Shown here piece by piece: positions 1 to 14,248 of a stretch of DNA of 64,000 nucleotides. The notes under the pieces are model-generated. The model searched no databases, had not been told where the DNA came from, and was given only the letters and a program-made list of their open reading frames with translations. Numbering within the stretch: the first letter of the stretch is position 1; each line of letters starts with the position of its first letter. Made by a program: the position numbers and the translations under genes. The stretch comes from Azolla caroliniana (taxonomy: Eukaryota > Plantae > Polypodiophyta): the NCBI GenBank assembly GCA_043228905.1, contig JBHGNT010000014.1:18910001-18974000 (forward strand). Direction: 5' to 3'.

Positions 1-334
1 ATATGAAGCCACAAATGCGGGGATGACAGAAGCATTATGGTTAACTCATGACAGAGAGGTCATGATGGTCTCATGAGACAGTACATGCATGCATGCAATG
101 CATGCCATGACATGGTGTGTGTATAGATAGATAGACCCCCATGGGCCATACATAAATCACTTCATCATTCATCATTCATCATCATCATAATCATCAAACA
201 CCAACAAGATTACATACAACATATCAAACCAAGGTAAACACACTGTACTACAACATTACATTATTACACTTGTATATACATATGCTTAACTTACTACATA
301 CACATACCTATTACCACCACCAATAATATGAAGA

Positions 335-416
335 TATATATATATACATATATATATGTACATATGAGAAGAGACAGTTTTGTCCTCACTCACTCACTCT
401 CTCTCTCTCTTTCGCT

Positions 417-468
<52 letters not shown>

Positions 469-600
469 CCCCTCTCACATACATACATACATACATTCCT
501 CTTATCACATCATCACACACACACACACACACCCTTCTCCCTCTTATCATTTGTCTCATGGGCCAATTTTGGTCTTAGAAGACAGTAAAATCTCTCTCTA

Positions 601-650
<50 letters not shown>

Positions 651-746
651 ACACACGTATACCCCCCTCTCTCTCTATCACACACACACACACACACCTC
701 TACCTCTATCACACACACACACACCCCTCTCTCTCTATCACAAACA

Positions 747-787
<41 letters not shown>

Positions 788-904
788 CTCTATCTGTCAC
801 ACACAAACACACACACAGAAACACACATCTATCTGTCACACACACACACACACATCTCTTTCTCTCTCACTCATTCATACACACCCCTCTGTCACACCTC
901 TCTT

Positions 905-942
<38 letters not shown>

Positions 943-996
943 AACACACTCACACCTCTCTCTTTCTCTCTCTATCTTTCACACACAAACTCACAC

Positions 997-1066
<70 letters not shown>
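335..1066. repeat. Compound microsatellite block, (TA)n/(CT)n/(CA)n
   Basis: Long runs of CACACA and CTCTCT are visible directly. The His/Thr- and Val/Cys-rich ORFs here are translations of the repeat. Confidence 0.95.
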
Positions 1067-1070
<4 letters not shown>

Positions 1071-1320
1071 CTGTAATGTACATAGAGTGTGAAAGCTCAA
1101 TCAAATGCTTGCCAGCCTGGCCTCTCCCCCCCTCTCTTTCTCTCTGCTCTTCCCCATTCTTATAACACAAACCTCCCTCCTTTCACTGCTCTTCACTGTT
1201 AAGCACTTCACCTCACTCACCTCCCTTCTTCTTCTTCTTCTTCTCTCAACTTGGAGCTTCTGCTTCCTCTGCTCTGCAGACCCTGCCCCCCCAACCTCTC
1301 TCTCTCTCTCTCTCTCTCAG

Positions 1321-1331
1321 GTATGTGTATG

Positions 1332-1362
<31 letters not shown>

Positions 1363-2613
1363 GTTTAGCTTAGTTAGATGATTTGCTCTCTCTTCTTTAT
1401 GTGTGTGCATTAAAATTAAAACCTTCCATTTCTCCCTGTTTTTGCTCTGTTTCTTCGTCTCTCTGTTTTTTGTTTGTATGTATGTATGCATGTAAGTGTA
1501 TGCTAGTTAGATGGTTTGCTCTCTTTTCTTTATGTGTGTGCAGTAAAAACCTTCCATTTCTCCCTGTTTTTGCTCTGTTTCTTCATCTCTCTGTTGTTTG
1601 TATATGTATGCATGCATGTAAGTGTAGCTTAGTTAGATGATTTTCTCTCTTTTCTTTATGTTTGTGCATTAAAACCTTCATTTTCTGCTCTGTTCATCTT
1701 CATCTCTCTGTTTTGTTCTGTTATCTTCATGCCTCTTTGTTTTTGTCTTCCCTGTTTCACACACACACACACACACACACCCTTTAGTTCTCAGTTCCAC
1801 AAGCTTTTCGTGTTCTCTTCCTGAGAGGCCTTGGTGTGTGATGTGGGTCTTTCTCTTTTTAGACCTTGGCCTCATATTTCATTTTCTTCTCCCATGTCTC
1901 TTACCCTGTCTTGTCTGTAATGTTTTACTGTAAAATGCTCCCCCCCCCGTCCCCCCCAAAAAAAAAGAAAAAGAAAAAGAAAAAAAGTTATGTCCTATTA
2001 AGGCTTAGAAACCTTTAAACCATGCATTCTGCTCGTTAAGAAGGTTCATTATCTTCTGTAACTAATTACGGTTTGGACAGCTTTATGTAAGTAAGTAGAA
2101 GCCTTTGTTTGCTATTTAGCTTGGGTGTTTCACGTGCCAATCCGAAGGAATTAAAGCCTTTCTTTCATAATCAGTTAGGGTTTTTGTTCCATCTCTTCGT
2201 AAGTACGATGTGCTTTTCTTGTAACGTGTTTTTGCTTAACATATAGGAGCTTTACTTCTCAATAAATTGCCATCTATGGAAATTACACATTGTCTGATAC
2301 CCTAAATTAGAGAGAAAAAGAACAGTCTCACTGTGCTTCTTCATGCATTAATATGGTAGGCAGATGCTTCATCAATCAGGAAAAAAAGACATGTTTGAAA
2401 GATGGACAGTAGATGAAAATGAAGACCCTCTCATCTTTGTTTGTTTCATTATGTATGTACTTGAATGTAAGATATGTATCATACATACATTCAATCAGGT
2501 ATGTACATATGCACATACCTATACATACCTGCATAGGTACAACCCATTTGCATATGTATGTATATATGTATTGTACACAAATGTCTATACATGTATATTT
2601 GTACTATCTGCAG
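1321..2613 (+). other. Probable 5'-UTR intron of the AG-peptide gene
   Basis: Donor CAG|GTATGT at 1321 follows a CT-rich leader. Acceptor CTGCAG| ends at 2613, 76 nt before the ATG. A TATA-like TTATAA lies near 1160. Confidence 0.6.
1358..1720 (+). repeat. Degenerate ~130-bp tandem repeat (about 3 copies) inside the 5'-UTR intron
   Basis: The unit atgtaagt..gcttagttagatg(a)tttgctctc..tttatgtgtgtgca..aaaaccttc(c)atttctccctgtttttgctctgtttcttc starts near 1358, 1490 and 1616. Confidence 0.8.
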
Positions 2614-2689
2614 GATCTCATTCTTCTCTCTCGTGGGTGTTTTTTTTCCTCTGACAGACACAATTTTTGTGAGGGCAAAGAAAGAAGAA

Positions 2690-2884
2690 ATGGCCAGTGG
2701 ACAGAAGATGGTGACTCTTCTTGTAGTAGCCTCAGCCCTAGTGCTGTTGCTGTCCATGGTGACAGCTATGGCACAGGCTGTCTCCCCTGCTCCTGCCCCT
2801 GTTTCTGATGCGACATCATCTGCTAAATTTGGCTTGCCTCTACTAAGCCTCTTTTTGCTTGCCTTGGGTGCCTTCCTATACTGA
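2690..2884 (+). CDS. Arabinogalactan peptide (AG-peptide), 64 aa, predicted signal peptide and GPI anchor
   Basis: MASGQKMVTLLVVASALVLLLSMVTAMA-QAVSPAPAPVSDA-TSSAKFGLPLLSLFLLALGAFLY has an N-terminal hydrophobic signal, a short Q..APAP..SD mature core and a hydrophobic C-terminal GPI signal. Confidence 0.88.
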   Translation: MASGQKMVTLLVVASALVLLLSMVTAMAQAVSPAPAPVSDATSSAKFGLPLLSLFLLALGAFLY

Positions 2885-3492
2885 AAAATGCTCCACTCTC
2901 TGCATAGAGAGACAAAAAAAACAAAAAAAGACTATTTATTACTATCATACTGTTTTCTACTACTATCATCGATGGCCTCTTATAGGTTCCATCATTTTTA
3001 ACTTCAATTCTTTTGATATGATGAACTTGTTGCAGCACTGAAAAAACAAACTACTCTTTTTATGGAGTTGTTGATCTATTCGATTTGATCTATACACATG
3101 GATATCCATGGAGCCATTGATTGAAGACCTGTATGTTCTGACCCATGGTCTCTTCAGACTTGATTATTATCCCCCCTCTCAGATTTTTATATATATTTTT
3201 TTCTTTTTGGGTTTGGCTGATTGTATTCTGTTGTATTTTCTGTTTAAAATAAAGTCCTGAGTTGCATTCATTCTGATTGTCTTTTGTGATAATGAACTTC
3301 TGTTTCTGCTTCTAATTGTGATGTCTTTTTTAATTAATAATGGACCGCTGTTGTAAGACTAGATTGAAGGGATATGGTTTTATTTTTCTGATTGAGTTTT
3401 ATTTTTATGATCTTGTCCTTGTATTCTGAATTGATGGTGTAAAGAACTGTAAGAAGGATTAACACATACACCATTATGATGAAGTCCTTATG

Positions 3493-3579
3493 CTCCACAG
3501 ATTAATGTTATGTGTTGAGTTAGAGACTCAAGAGATGTTCCACAGATTAATGTTATGTGTTGAGTTAGAGACTCAAGAG
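3493..3579. repeat. Short direct tandem duplication (~46 bp x2)
   Basis: tccacagattaatgttatgtgttgagttagagactcaagag occurs twice in tandem. Confidence 0.9.
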
Positions 3580-5541
3580 TTTAGCCTCATTATGATATGA
3601 ATGTACTACTGAATTTAGTGAGTTCCTTGAGACAAATCATAGAGATGAATATCTATGATATGATATTGAGAACAGGTTTATTTTGCTTACTGTGGACGTG
3701 AAATTTTGTCCTGGTGAATGTGTCAGGAAACTGCACAAGAATGAATGAATGTATACATAATTTCTTGGGATATGCTCTTTCTCATTATTTGTAGGCTTCT
3801 CTATCTTCTTCCGGTTGGGTCATGTCTTGACTCTTTCGACATTGTCTTATTTACATGTTCTTGTTTTATGAGTTTCACTGTATGTTTTATGGCACTGTGG
3901 TAGCCTTTTCTAAATGTAGGGAAGAGGATCATTCATGTCTTGTTTGCTTGTTATCTTGAAATGAGACAACTTGTGATTATTAAGATTTTATTTTCAGCAT
4001 TTTCACTGCTGTCATCTTTGTCCTCAAGCATTACATAGATTTTGCTGTCTTTTAGTGGCCATAGTTGCTGTCTTCTTAGCTGCCATATGGCAAGCCTATC
4101 CAGAATATGCATTAAAAAAAAAGGGGAGTAAAAATCTATTGCATCATATGATAGATACAGTTAAATGATTGGTACTGACATACTTTAAAGTTTATATAAG
4201 TATATATAAATATAAGCATTATAGGCTTTTAAATCTCATACCCATTCCTTTTCTTATTCTTTCATTCGATTACTCTGCTATCCACCATCATATACAATGT
4301 GTACATATATACAGACATAATAAATTCTAAGGTCATTATTCGCGACTTGAAAATGAGTTATGGCTAACATACTCTCTTTTCCTTTTTGACTTCTGTTTTT
4401 ATGAGTTTCTTGTTGCACCTTTGGGGTTGTGACATACATTAGACAGAAGACAACAAAAAATAAAGAAGTTCTGCGAAAAGTTCTTATATTCAAATGGATA
4501 AAACTCTAGATCAAGGGCGTAGCATTTTACCTTGAAAGTAAAGAATGTGAGACTTGAGTAACAAGAATACGTTTTTTTACAATTGTTAGGGAATGTACAA
4601 TGCTAATCACATGCACTCTAATATTTCTATTTAGAAATGAGGATGGTCATGATAATTTGTCTGACTTAGAATAATCTTAATTCGCTTTTATTTAAAGAGT
4701 GGCCATGTCCTTATGGAATCTTAATTCACTCATTTGCTTCTAGGAAGTTACGAGCTTAATCTTATGTGATTAGTAGCTCAAATTTCTCCTAGCCTATATA
4801 GGAAAATTTGAAAAAGGCATATATGCGTACATACTTTATGATTCTTGAAATGTATCAACTAATACATTACATATATCAACAAAGTATATATGTAATGTAT
4901 CACAAACTGTTTGTACATTGACAGTAAAACTATGCATGAAAAAGCAAAAAGAGTTTTTCCAAATACTTTATCCCTTCCAAATCCGCACCCAGTTTGTCTC
5001 TTCCTCTTGGATGACGGATTTGCTGGCATAATTATGTAGCACATCCTATTGGTACTACCTGTAGTGATTTAAAAACTAATCCTTCTATAAACAGCATGAT
5101 AACTTATACCTCATAAATATAGTGTGCACTTCAACACATATGCATTCTGCTGCTTTCTTTATTCCAACTTCCAAGGCATAAATGTATATACAAGTTTTGC
5201 TTTATGAAACTAGGCAAACCAATAACCAATGCTTTAGTATTGATTCTCATTAAACCATATTATCATTAAGAAAATTGATTAAAGACTAAATATCCTTACA
5301 AAGAAAAGTAAAGGTGAAAAAAAAGGAACAGAGCGCTGATTCTCCACCTTTGTTAGTTTGAATCAGTAAGTTGTGAATTCCAAATTAGTATTGCTGGAAA
5401 GCTTTTGTTAGTTTGATTCAGTAGTGGTGGATTCCAAATTAATATTGCTGAAAGGCTATTAAAGACCAGATTCTAAAGTGAATAAAAAACAAAAAACTAC
5501 AAAGACTAGTAAAACTTCTATAGTTTTCAGAAAATTCAATC

Positions 5542-5650
5542 TTTTGAAAGACAATTAAAACATTAAAACCACTCTTTATGAGAACAAAGGAAAGTTTTGA
5601 AAGACAATTAAAACATTAAAACCCACTCTTTATGAGAACAAAGGAAAGTT
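5542..5650. repeat. Short direct tandem duplication (~53 bp x2)
   Basis: ttttgaaagacaattaaaacattaaaacc(c)actctttatgagaacaaaggaaagtt occurs twice. A second degenerate pair lies at about 5349-5452. Confidence 0.85.
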
Positions 5651-6220
5651 GTCCATTTGCAAACTTCGAAGACAGAACAAAGGTGCTGAAGCTTGGTCAT
5701 GTTAGAGAATCCCAACATAGAATATAAAAGATGAGATGAAAGCTAAATGATAAAAGTGGCATTCTTTCTTTAAATAGCAGTTTTTTGTTTTGACATCATC
5801 ATAACACATTTGAATTCAAGATATAACTGAGCATGCATACATACTAGGATCTTTGGTCAAAACAACTTTAATTATATTTACGAAGCTCACTTTCACTCCA
5901 TTCCAATATTGATGAGTCATTGTAGGGTATCCAATCGCAACCACAAGTTAAACATTGCATCCTGTAAAATGCTAAAATCTTCTTTATATATTGCATCTTC
6001 CACAAAACAATAAAAAAATTAAAACACCCATGCAAACCAAGCTAGTCCAAAATTGATATATAACGAAGACTCACATCAGAACTAAGAATCGAAGATGTTC
6101 AGATTTATTAAGTAGGTTGTAAAGGCATTTTGAAGTTGGTTATGGGAATATACACTTAACATAGTTGTTAATCTATTTGAGTGTTAATGATCTGCTCTGT
6201 GAGTCAACACATAATTAAAA

Positions 6221-9200
6221 TTATCTTCTTTTTCTACCAGCAGTTTTCAGATATTGTTTTGAAGTAGGTACAGCACCAGACAATGTTAAAATAGTCCCAT
6301 CGCGTATATCGGAAGAGCTAGCTGCTTCCAATGTCTTCTGAGCTTCAATAAAAACCATGAAATCCCTTACCTAGCAACCAGTAAATGTGGGTCATTTATA
6401 ATGGTTACTACAATGGAGTATTTCAGTATGAGATTAAATGAAGAAGAGTAAATAGGTTATGTGTTCAACCCCTGCATCCCACACAATGTAGTAAATGGCA
6501 GGATTTGAACCCAAGTCTATTACTACTATTTGCTCCATATGAAAAAACAGGTAGAGACAAACATCTACTGGAGGCCCAAATCGGCATATGAGACAGATCA
6601 GAAGTACAAATGTTAATGCGCTTTCATTATCCAGAAATCGATAAAATGGCAAACGAGAAAGAACATGATTAGAGAAAGTAAGTTCCAAGTAAGAAAAGAT
6701 GAGCAGCCATATGAAGACGATATTAAATTAAAGTAAGTTCTTCTAAACCTGCTCCTCTAACTCTGCAATTTTATCATCGCGCTCCTTAGTAGCTGATTTT
6801 TCTCTGCGAAAAAGTTATGACATTAAGACAATGTGCTTTGAGTGGGTTTTAGACTATAAAGCTCTTGTGAGCCGACCTACCTTATTTCAGCTTCCTTGAT
6901 TGCTGCCCTCCAAGAATCTTGGTTTGCCTTCATGGATGCATTGACCTGTTTTGAGACAAACTATAAACGAAAGCACTAGCAACTACCTCTTCAGAGTTAC
7001 AGCAATATGGGCAGCTATTATGTTAATTGCACTCAATTGATATCCACTTCCCTTTTTGGTTTGAATACAAAAATAGATACTAACTTCTAAAAGAAATTGT
7101 GTCTCTCGCTCAACTTCCTCTAGCTTTGCCTGCAGTTTTTGTGACTTCAGACTCGCAGCTTTTTCCACAGCTTGAGAAACAGCCAAATCTATTTCTTCCT
7201 TTGTCTTTGCAAGAAGACCTTCATAGTACTAGAAATTAATCACTATCAGCTTGTGTAAACAAAGAAAGGTTAACAGTAACATACATGATAAGTCATACAA
7301 GGTTTACACAAACAACCTGTCTTTGACTCTCCAGCTGATTAGTGAGAAGTTGGTTATATTGGGCAGCTATCTATGTCAAAGATTGACAAAACCAAGGTTG
7401 GAATTAGAAGTTCTGTCAGACAGTGAACCTTTGTTTTTTGGATAAAGACATCATTGACAAATTTTGCATGTATCAGAACACTCACTCCATCTATTTTGCT
7501 ATTCATTAATGCTTCGGCCATTTCCGATTCATGGCTGCAATCACAACCACCACATTCCCCACTTCCTCTGCAGGGTGCATTTAGTTCTACAAGCTTCCCA
7601 TCTGTTTTCGACTGAATCAAACGATGAACATATCCATCACCCACATAATCCCATACACGTTGTGTTTCAACTTCAAGAGAGTAGCAATGCTGACTCTCTT
7701 TCCAATGCATGATTGCATGTCCTTGCTGATATCTGAAAGAAACCATATGCTATTCATAAACACAGTAAGAAACAGATTCAATTGTCCCCTAAAAATGGCG
7801 CTGACTTACCTTCCACATCCTACAAACCCACAGATTACACAGATCCATAAATTCTCAGATGTGGAACAAATTGTACACGTGGACTTCCCTGGCTCTTCTT
7901 GGCAATACCTACAGACCTGCAAAAAAACAGAAAAGCAGGTCAGTGAAAATATTACCTTCAGAGCACTGGAAAAACTAAAAGAGTTCAGGTGTGGGATCTT
8001 ACAGGGCATGTCGAGTCTGTCCACTTGGAAATACAGGAACAATGAAATGTATGATTACATACTGTTGTCAAGATTCCACTTATATGCTGATCCAGTCTTT
8101 CTGCAGGTGAGGACAAGATGAATAACTAAGTTCAAATATCATGACCATACATACATAATAGATATTGGTTTATGTGTAGAAGTGCAGATCATTAGCGTGC
8201 ATACACGTTACAAAATATAAATTAGGGTCTGATGCAGGATTTCAGATACATGCAAGACAAACTCTTTAAAATAAATACAAGTACAATAAACAAAAAAATC
8301 CATAATACTATCAAGATCTAATCTGCATTATCCAGCTTGTTTCAAGCTCATTTTATTGGATTAAAATGATCGTGGAAAGCCTCGCATATTCAAGATCTCG
8401 CCAACATCATCGCTAGGCAATGTACTGCTGTATGTAAGAGCTTTACAGAGATAAAGCAGCTGCTGAATTGTGGGCAGCAATATACTCAGACACTATCCAA
8501 ACCATGAATATTTGGTAAGTGTGCTTTAGAGATGTTCAGATAGAATAAGGGGCTAGACATTAGTTTGGCATTACTTGGAATTACTTCAGACTCAAGAACC
8601 TTAATTTTTATAATTTTTCACCAAAGACTTATTAGTTACTTACAGAGCAAAGGGATCTTTATCTTTTCCCTAAGAGGATACCATGCTAGCATTAAATTTT
8701 ATCTTTGTTCTCACCTTGTGATACTAAGCATCGTTCTATTTCAAGCTGCTGTTAGAAAAGTGTTCATTTTTTAACCTCCCTCAAGCCTCCAAACCCAAAG
8801 AGTGGCAGGCTACCTTTAGCCTTTCAATCCTATCCTTCACGTGACCCATAACTTTACCTCTTCCTCTCAAGTCAGCTAGATCTTTCGAGGACAAAAATCA
8901 CAATCTATCTGACTTCAGAGTCATACATGTACAGATAACAGAATTCTTCAGTCACATTTATTTTTATTTAGTTACATTTATTTCTCAAAGACGGGATAAC
9001 ATTTTAAGAGATAATCTCTTGTTTGGTTCTATAGGCCATATTGGTGTCTTAAAAGATGTTAATATATCTTTCTTTCTGTCTCAGTTCACTCCATGTTTGC
9101 TTAACCCAATCTCAGACCTCATCCTTGTACCCATTGTCCTACTTATGGAAGACCTTGGACTCCAAATAGTTAGCGAATGAAGACATGACTCTCAACACCC

Positions 9201-12200
9201 ATCAAGATGGGTCAGCTCAATAAAGGACGCTAAGAAAATACTGTAAAAGAAAAGGACGGGATTGGGGGAACCCTAGGTGGTGCTGGATGGCACCCTAAAT
9301 GCATGTCCCAATGAATGTCAAAGAAGGAAAAGACAATCTCTTACACCATTTGATAACTCAAGAGATTAACCATAAAAAAAGAACCTTGAAAAAGGAATGC
9401 AGAAGGAGATCGAGAAGCAGAAAGGAGAGTTGCATCCCTTCTAAAGATAGAATTATTAGAAGCTATACAAATTGATATCACAAGTTTCATAAAGAAATCA
9501 ATTTTAGAACTCAACAATGACATGGCTAAGTACCTAAAGGATGGTATCTCCTCAAGTAAGGTCAAACTACTAGCTATTAAAATCAATTATAAGAAGGATA
9601 TGAGGTGGATGAAAAATGCATCTCAACAATTGTACACTTGGGCATACTTAAAAGAAATTAAAGAAAATGCTCCTTGGTTAGGGTCAGTAACAAAGCAAAA
9701 AGGAGCACCAATATATAAGAAGGAAGTGATGAACACCACATAAGAAGCAGAAACCAAAAGGAAACCTTGTGCATTATATGTACAAGTTGTTGGCTGGGCT
9801 GAAAAGGTAAGCCCACAAGAAGATGTCAAGAACCTTGAAACAATGATTGGGGCATTTGTTCGATTCTGTTGCTAGAGAAACACACAACAGAAAATAGGAC
9901 AGTATATTTAAAGAATGCAGCACACCTGAGTGCCGTGATGGTAAGGGTTATACTTTTGGGCTAGGGTAAAAAAGTTCTAAAGAGGCTAAAAATCCCTACA
10001 TTTCATAACTGTGTTCACCCATCACTATCACAATATATCAACAAATCCCTCCCACTGGTGATGCGATGAGCACAGAACTCACACTCATTATAGGCAATGC
10101 AAGCTATGTGGAATACAATCAATCCACAAGTTAGTAACCTCAAAAGTAACTAGAAGCCCTAGAAGTGACCATAGTAGTCTGCTTGCTCAACCAGGATATG
10201 CATGGGCTGCCAAGCATGAAACAAAAAACACCAATGGACACATGAGTCTCATAACAACCAGCTTAATCTGCGTTAGAGAAAGCATGTAACCCTGGTGATT
10301 AAGTTCCCCCTTGGAATAAAGGAAGATGATGAGTACCTTTCAAATAGCAAGATCCAAACATCATAATAATATATCAATGTTTGTTTGATACAATGCTACT
10401 CTTCTATCAGCTTGTTAAACTGAACACCCGAATAATGATTCAAATGACCCAAATCTAGCTTCTCAAAAGGGGCATGTTGGAGGATGGCAGCTCTAGACTT
10501 GCACTCTCTTTCTCTTTATTATCTCTCCTCTAAATTGTCTCTCTTACTAGATTCTTCTCTCTCTAAATCTGCAACTCTTTAAATGCCTTCTCTCTCTTCC
10601 ACTTTTCCAAGATTATTCTCTCTTATTCCTCATTTATTGTACCTGTTTGGTAGTTCAAGAGTCACTTGACTACCAAACAACCATTTGACCTACGTTTTCC
10701 AATTTTGTATAAATAGGCTATACCAGACTCTTTTGTAAGAACTTCAATTTTGATGAAATTACTAACAGGCTCTGCTCTTTGCTGTGTCTCTACTCTTTGC
10801 AACTATTTTACCACTGCTGTCTACCAGCCTTCTCACAGCTTGGCTGTGTCTATTTTTTCTTCCAACTGTTCGGCTGTTGCTAGTAACAGCTTTTCTCACA
10901 CATGCAAATTAGCAATATGCTTCTCATTAGGAACAGTGAGTAGCATGTGATCAAGATATACAACAATGATCAGAAGTACCCATCAGCACACTTGACATAT
11001 GAATTTCTCTCAGTTGGACTGTTCTCAAATCCATGTTCTAGTAAGTAGGCATGTTGCTTTTCATACCAAGCATGTTGTGCTTGCTTCAATCCATACAATC
11101 CCTTACGCAAGCATCATACTTTGTTTTCAGGCCTTTCCTGCACAAATCCAAAGGGTTGAGATACATACACTCCTTCATATAGATCATTACGTAGAAATGC
11201 AGTTTTAATGTCCAACTGATCTACATTTCGACTATGAAGAGCTGCAGCAAGTGCACAAATGCTACGAATGGTTGTCAGATGGGAGGAAAGGTCTCATAAA
11301 AAAATGCCCTTCTTTTGAGCATAGCCTTATGTCCATCAATATTTTTATCAAGCTTAGGCAACAAGCATCTAGTGCAAATGGCCTTTCCACCACTGAAGTT
11401 GGGAAATGACATCTATTTATGACCCATTTAATGCAAATGGGCTGTTTGCTTCAAAGCAAATGACCAAGTAGCATTTTTCAAAATAGCATCATATTCTGAT
11501 TGCATAGCAGACATCCAATTTTCTGAACTCTCTGCTTGATAAAAAAACACTCATTGTCATCACAAATACTAGACACAACCAAAGCAATCCAAGTGCTCTA
11601 GAGGATTTTGTAGGACAACTATTGGACTATTAATCAACTTCAAGAAGTGTGGTTTTCTTTTAACCGCTAACCAAAGGCATAATATTAATAATCGTATATC
11701 CACACATGTAAGGATGCAGCTTGGCAAGATCCAGAACACACTCATGCTAGGCTACAACTATCTAAATGTGTGCCAATCTTCAATATAAAGATCAATTAAA
11801 AGATTTGGGGTAAAGGACACAATGTTGAAATGGTAGCAAAAGAGGCTCCATGTTCCGGAAGAAAAATTACCTCTCAAACCACAACTACTTTGATCATGAT
11901 TCATTCTTGTGGTTCTCCTTGTCTCCCATTTATTACACAGTAGCAAGATAGCTTATTCCCAATAATCGCCATCTTAGATGTGGTTAACATGTTTAATCCA
12001 TGTGGTACCTTCAATATCATTGTAGAATTACCAAAGAATTCTTGCAAATATCTTGATATACAGGGTTATTTATATTTTTGGGAGGAATTTTTTTTTTGAT
12101 CTTTGGTATATGGACGAGATAGCTAGATATGAAATCTTGCATTAAAACGTGAAATGCAGCATTTAACTTTGTGAGTTATTTGGACAGCTGTAGGTAATAA

Positions 12201-14248
12201 CATCACAATTCACCTTCCCCCTCTAAGTTCATATCAGATGCATGAAGACTAACTTTTGCAGTTCAACATTGTTTTCCATAGGCTAGAGTACATCTGCAAG
12301 TGGCTGCCAGGAATACTTTTCTACTAATTTTAACATATCTTTGATATGCTACTGAATATTTTTCTAGGTGATGCATGTTATTGAATTATACACACATATA
12401 CTTATATAACAATTTCATGATCACATTGTTCTTACCCAAACAAAATGGACATGTAGGAAGCTCAGTCGAACCAATCGGAGGACTAGAAGCTTCTTCAATT
12501 GAATTAGTATACTCCACATCTGCAGTGAATAGCACATGGCAGACTTCTTCCTATAATTAAATAATACAACAATCTATTATAAGACCTGTTCTCTCCAAGC
12601 AAGAGAAGACATTTTAAAAATTAGTCAAACCTCAAATGATGAGAAAAGCTTCCCATTATAGTGCTTAAAAAAATCATCGGCGGATTTCTGACTGTCAAAC
12701 TTTATTAGAGCACTATATCTGTCACTCGATCCATCATTTCTGTAAAATAAGATACACAATGCACTAGTAAGGTGGGAATTAGAATAATGGAAGAAAACCC
12801 TACATCTGCATTTTAAATGTCACATTTACTGTGAGTTTGTAACACAACAGAATTATCAAATGGTCACCTCACAAACCGCATTTCTTTTACATCTTGGAGA
12901 AAGGCCCCAGTAAACTGGCAAAATTCAGCACCTGTCATATGGTTTGGAATTGCAAGTACACATACATGCGCGCTGCGATTGACCTGAGAAACATGAAAAG
13001 TTGCATGTTGTAAGCTTGCAGAGGTCAGGTTAAACTGAGTGTTGGAAACAACTACAACACAAGTAAAGTGGAAACTTGAATTTATGGTGCTATATTTTCC
13101 AAATAGAGGAAGAAGAAGGTAAAGCACACACAACAAAATGGATAAGGCTGACTGTTTCTATTAAATAAACAAGCATGGCACAAATGCATAATTATAAGGA
13201 AAAAGCTTCCACATATGTAGATAATAATACTGTATATGTCAGCTCTCTCACGTGGCTGATCTTACATATGACCTTTCAATACAGGGTCATGTTTGTCATT
13301 GATCAATATTTTCATATATCTCGTACTTTGTAAATTCTCATGGTATTGATTCATGATGTTGATCATGTGAAATATTTCTCCGGAGTTTAGGTTATACTTC
13401 ATTGGAAAAATGGCACTTCCTTTATAAGGATGCAAAATAGAGGCCTGGTTTTTTAATTTTGCCTTGATTTGACCTGAAATTGCAGTGGATTTGTTGAACA
13501 GTAACAGAATCAAGAAGATTGAAAAACATAAATCAGTTTTTAAGAGTAGGTAAAAATTCATACATCAACGTCCATACAAGCCAAGGTAGGTACAAAAACT
13601 ACCGTGCTGTCAGTGTAGATTGTTTTTTCCATCAACACTCGCACATTCAAGAAGATCTAAAAATTATAGCATGGGTTCTACAAAATATAGTCATTGACTT
13701 CAACTAATACGGACAATGAAAAACGAAATCAAATCGATTAAATAATTCTTTACAGTGACAAAATTAAAAGGAAAAAGAAAAAACTTAATAGCAGAACAAG
13801 AATGGGGAAATAAAAAACGAGGAAAAAAATAGAAAAAATCTTCGTAGAGAATAGAAGGGAAAACAAGAGCAGAAAAATGGAAAAACTACATGAAGAGGGG
13901 AAGCAGCAGACGGAATCAATCACTAACCGGGAGAGCTTCATCAAGCACCGAAGAGGAAGAAGAGATGTTTCTGAATAGTTGAATAACCCCACGCGTTGTT
14001 TCGACGCGAGGGTTTCCTGATGAGAAGCTAACACTCGTCGTATTTGTTGTTGATGATGTAGTTCTGTTAATGTCGAATTCTAGGGTTCTATCTTCTTCTT
14101 TTTCTTCTGTTAAGTCGCCATCGCCATCGCCGGATCTCATCGGGCTCCTCTTCCTCGCAGACTTCCACTTCACCTCAGCCCTCGATCCCTCCCCTGCTTC
14201 TCCTTCTCCTTCTGCTTCTTCTTCTTCTTCTTCTTCGTTTTCTTCCAT
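6221..14248 (-). CDS. BRIZ: BRAP2 / RING / ZnF-UBP / coiled-coil E3 ubiquitin ligase (BRIZ/BRAP family), 12 exons, ~526 aa
   Basis: Exons (minus): 14248-13928, 12983-12868, 12739-12631, 12550-12436, 8100-8003, 7916-7810, 7732-7486, 7370-7317, 7228-7085, 6945-6881, 6803-6749, 6370-6221. All are GT-AG and phase-consistent. Motifs: FSSGNPRVETTRGVIQLF and CVLAIPNHMT (BRAP2), ELPTCPFCLERLD..CNHTFHCSCISKW..CPVCRY (RING), NLWICVICGFVGCGRY..GHA..HW..H..RVWDYVGDGYVHRL (ZnF-UBP), ELEEQVRDFMVFIE (coiled coil). Confidence 0.95.
8860..9078 (+). mobile_element. 3' end of an RTE-like LINE in BRIZ intron 4
   Basis: Contains the recurring tail aatctcttgtttggt..ataggccat.ttgg..tcttaaaaga.gttaatatatctttctttc, seen many times elsewhere in the window. 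Confidence 0.7.
10940..12060 (-). mobile_element. Degenerate L1-like LINE fragment in BRIZ intron 4
   Basis: Broken minus-strand frames rich in Trp/Cys resemble the RT/zf-RVT C-terminal part. There are many stops. Confidence 0.4.

Noticed and set aside
328-1165. 261-aa His/Thr-rich ORF and overlapping ORFs
   Set aside because: These are translations of (CA)n/(CT)n microsatellites.
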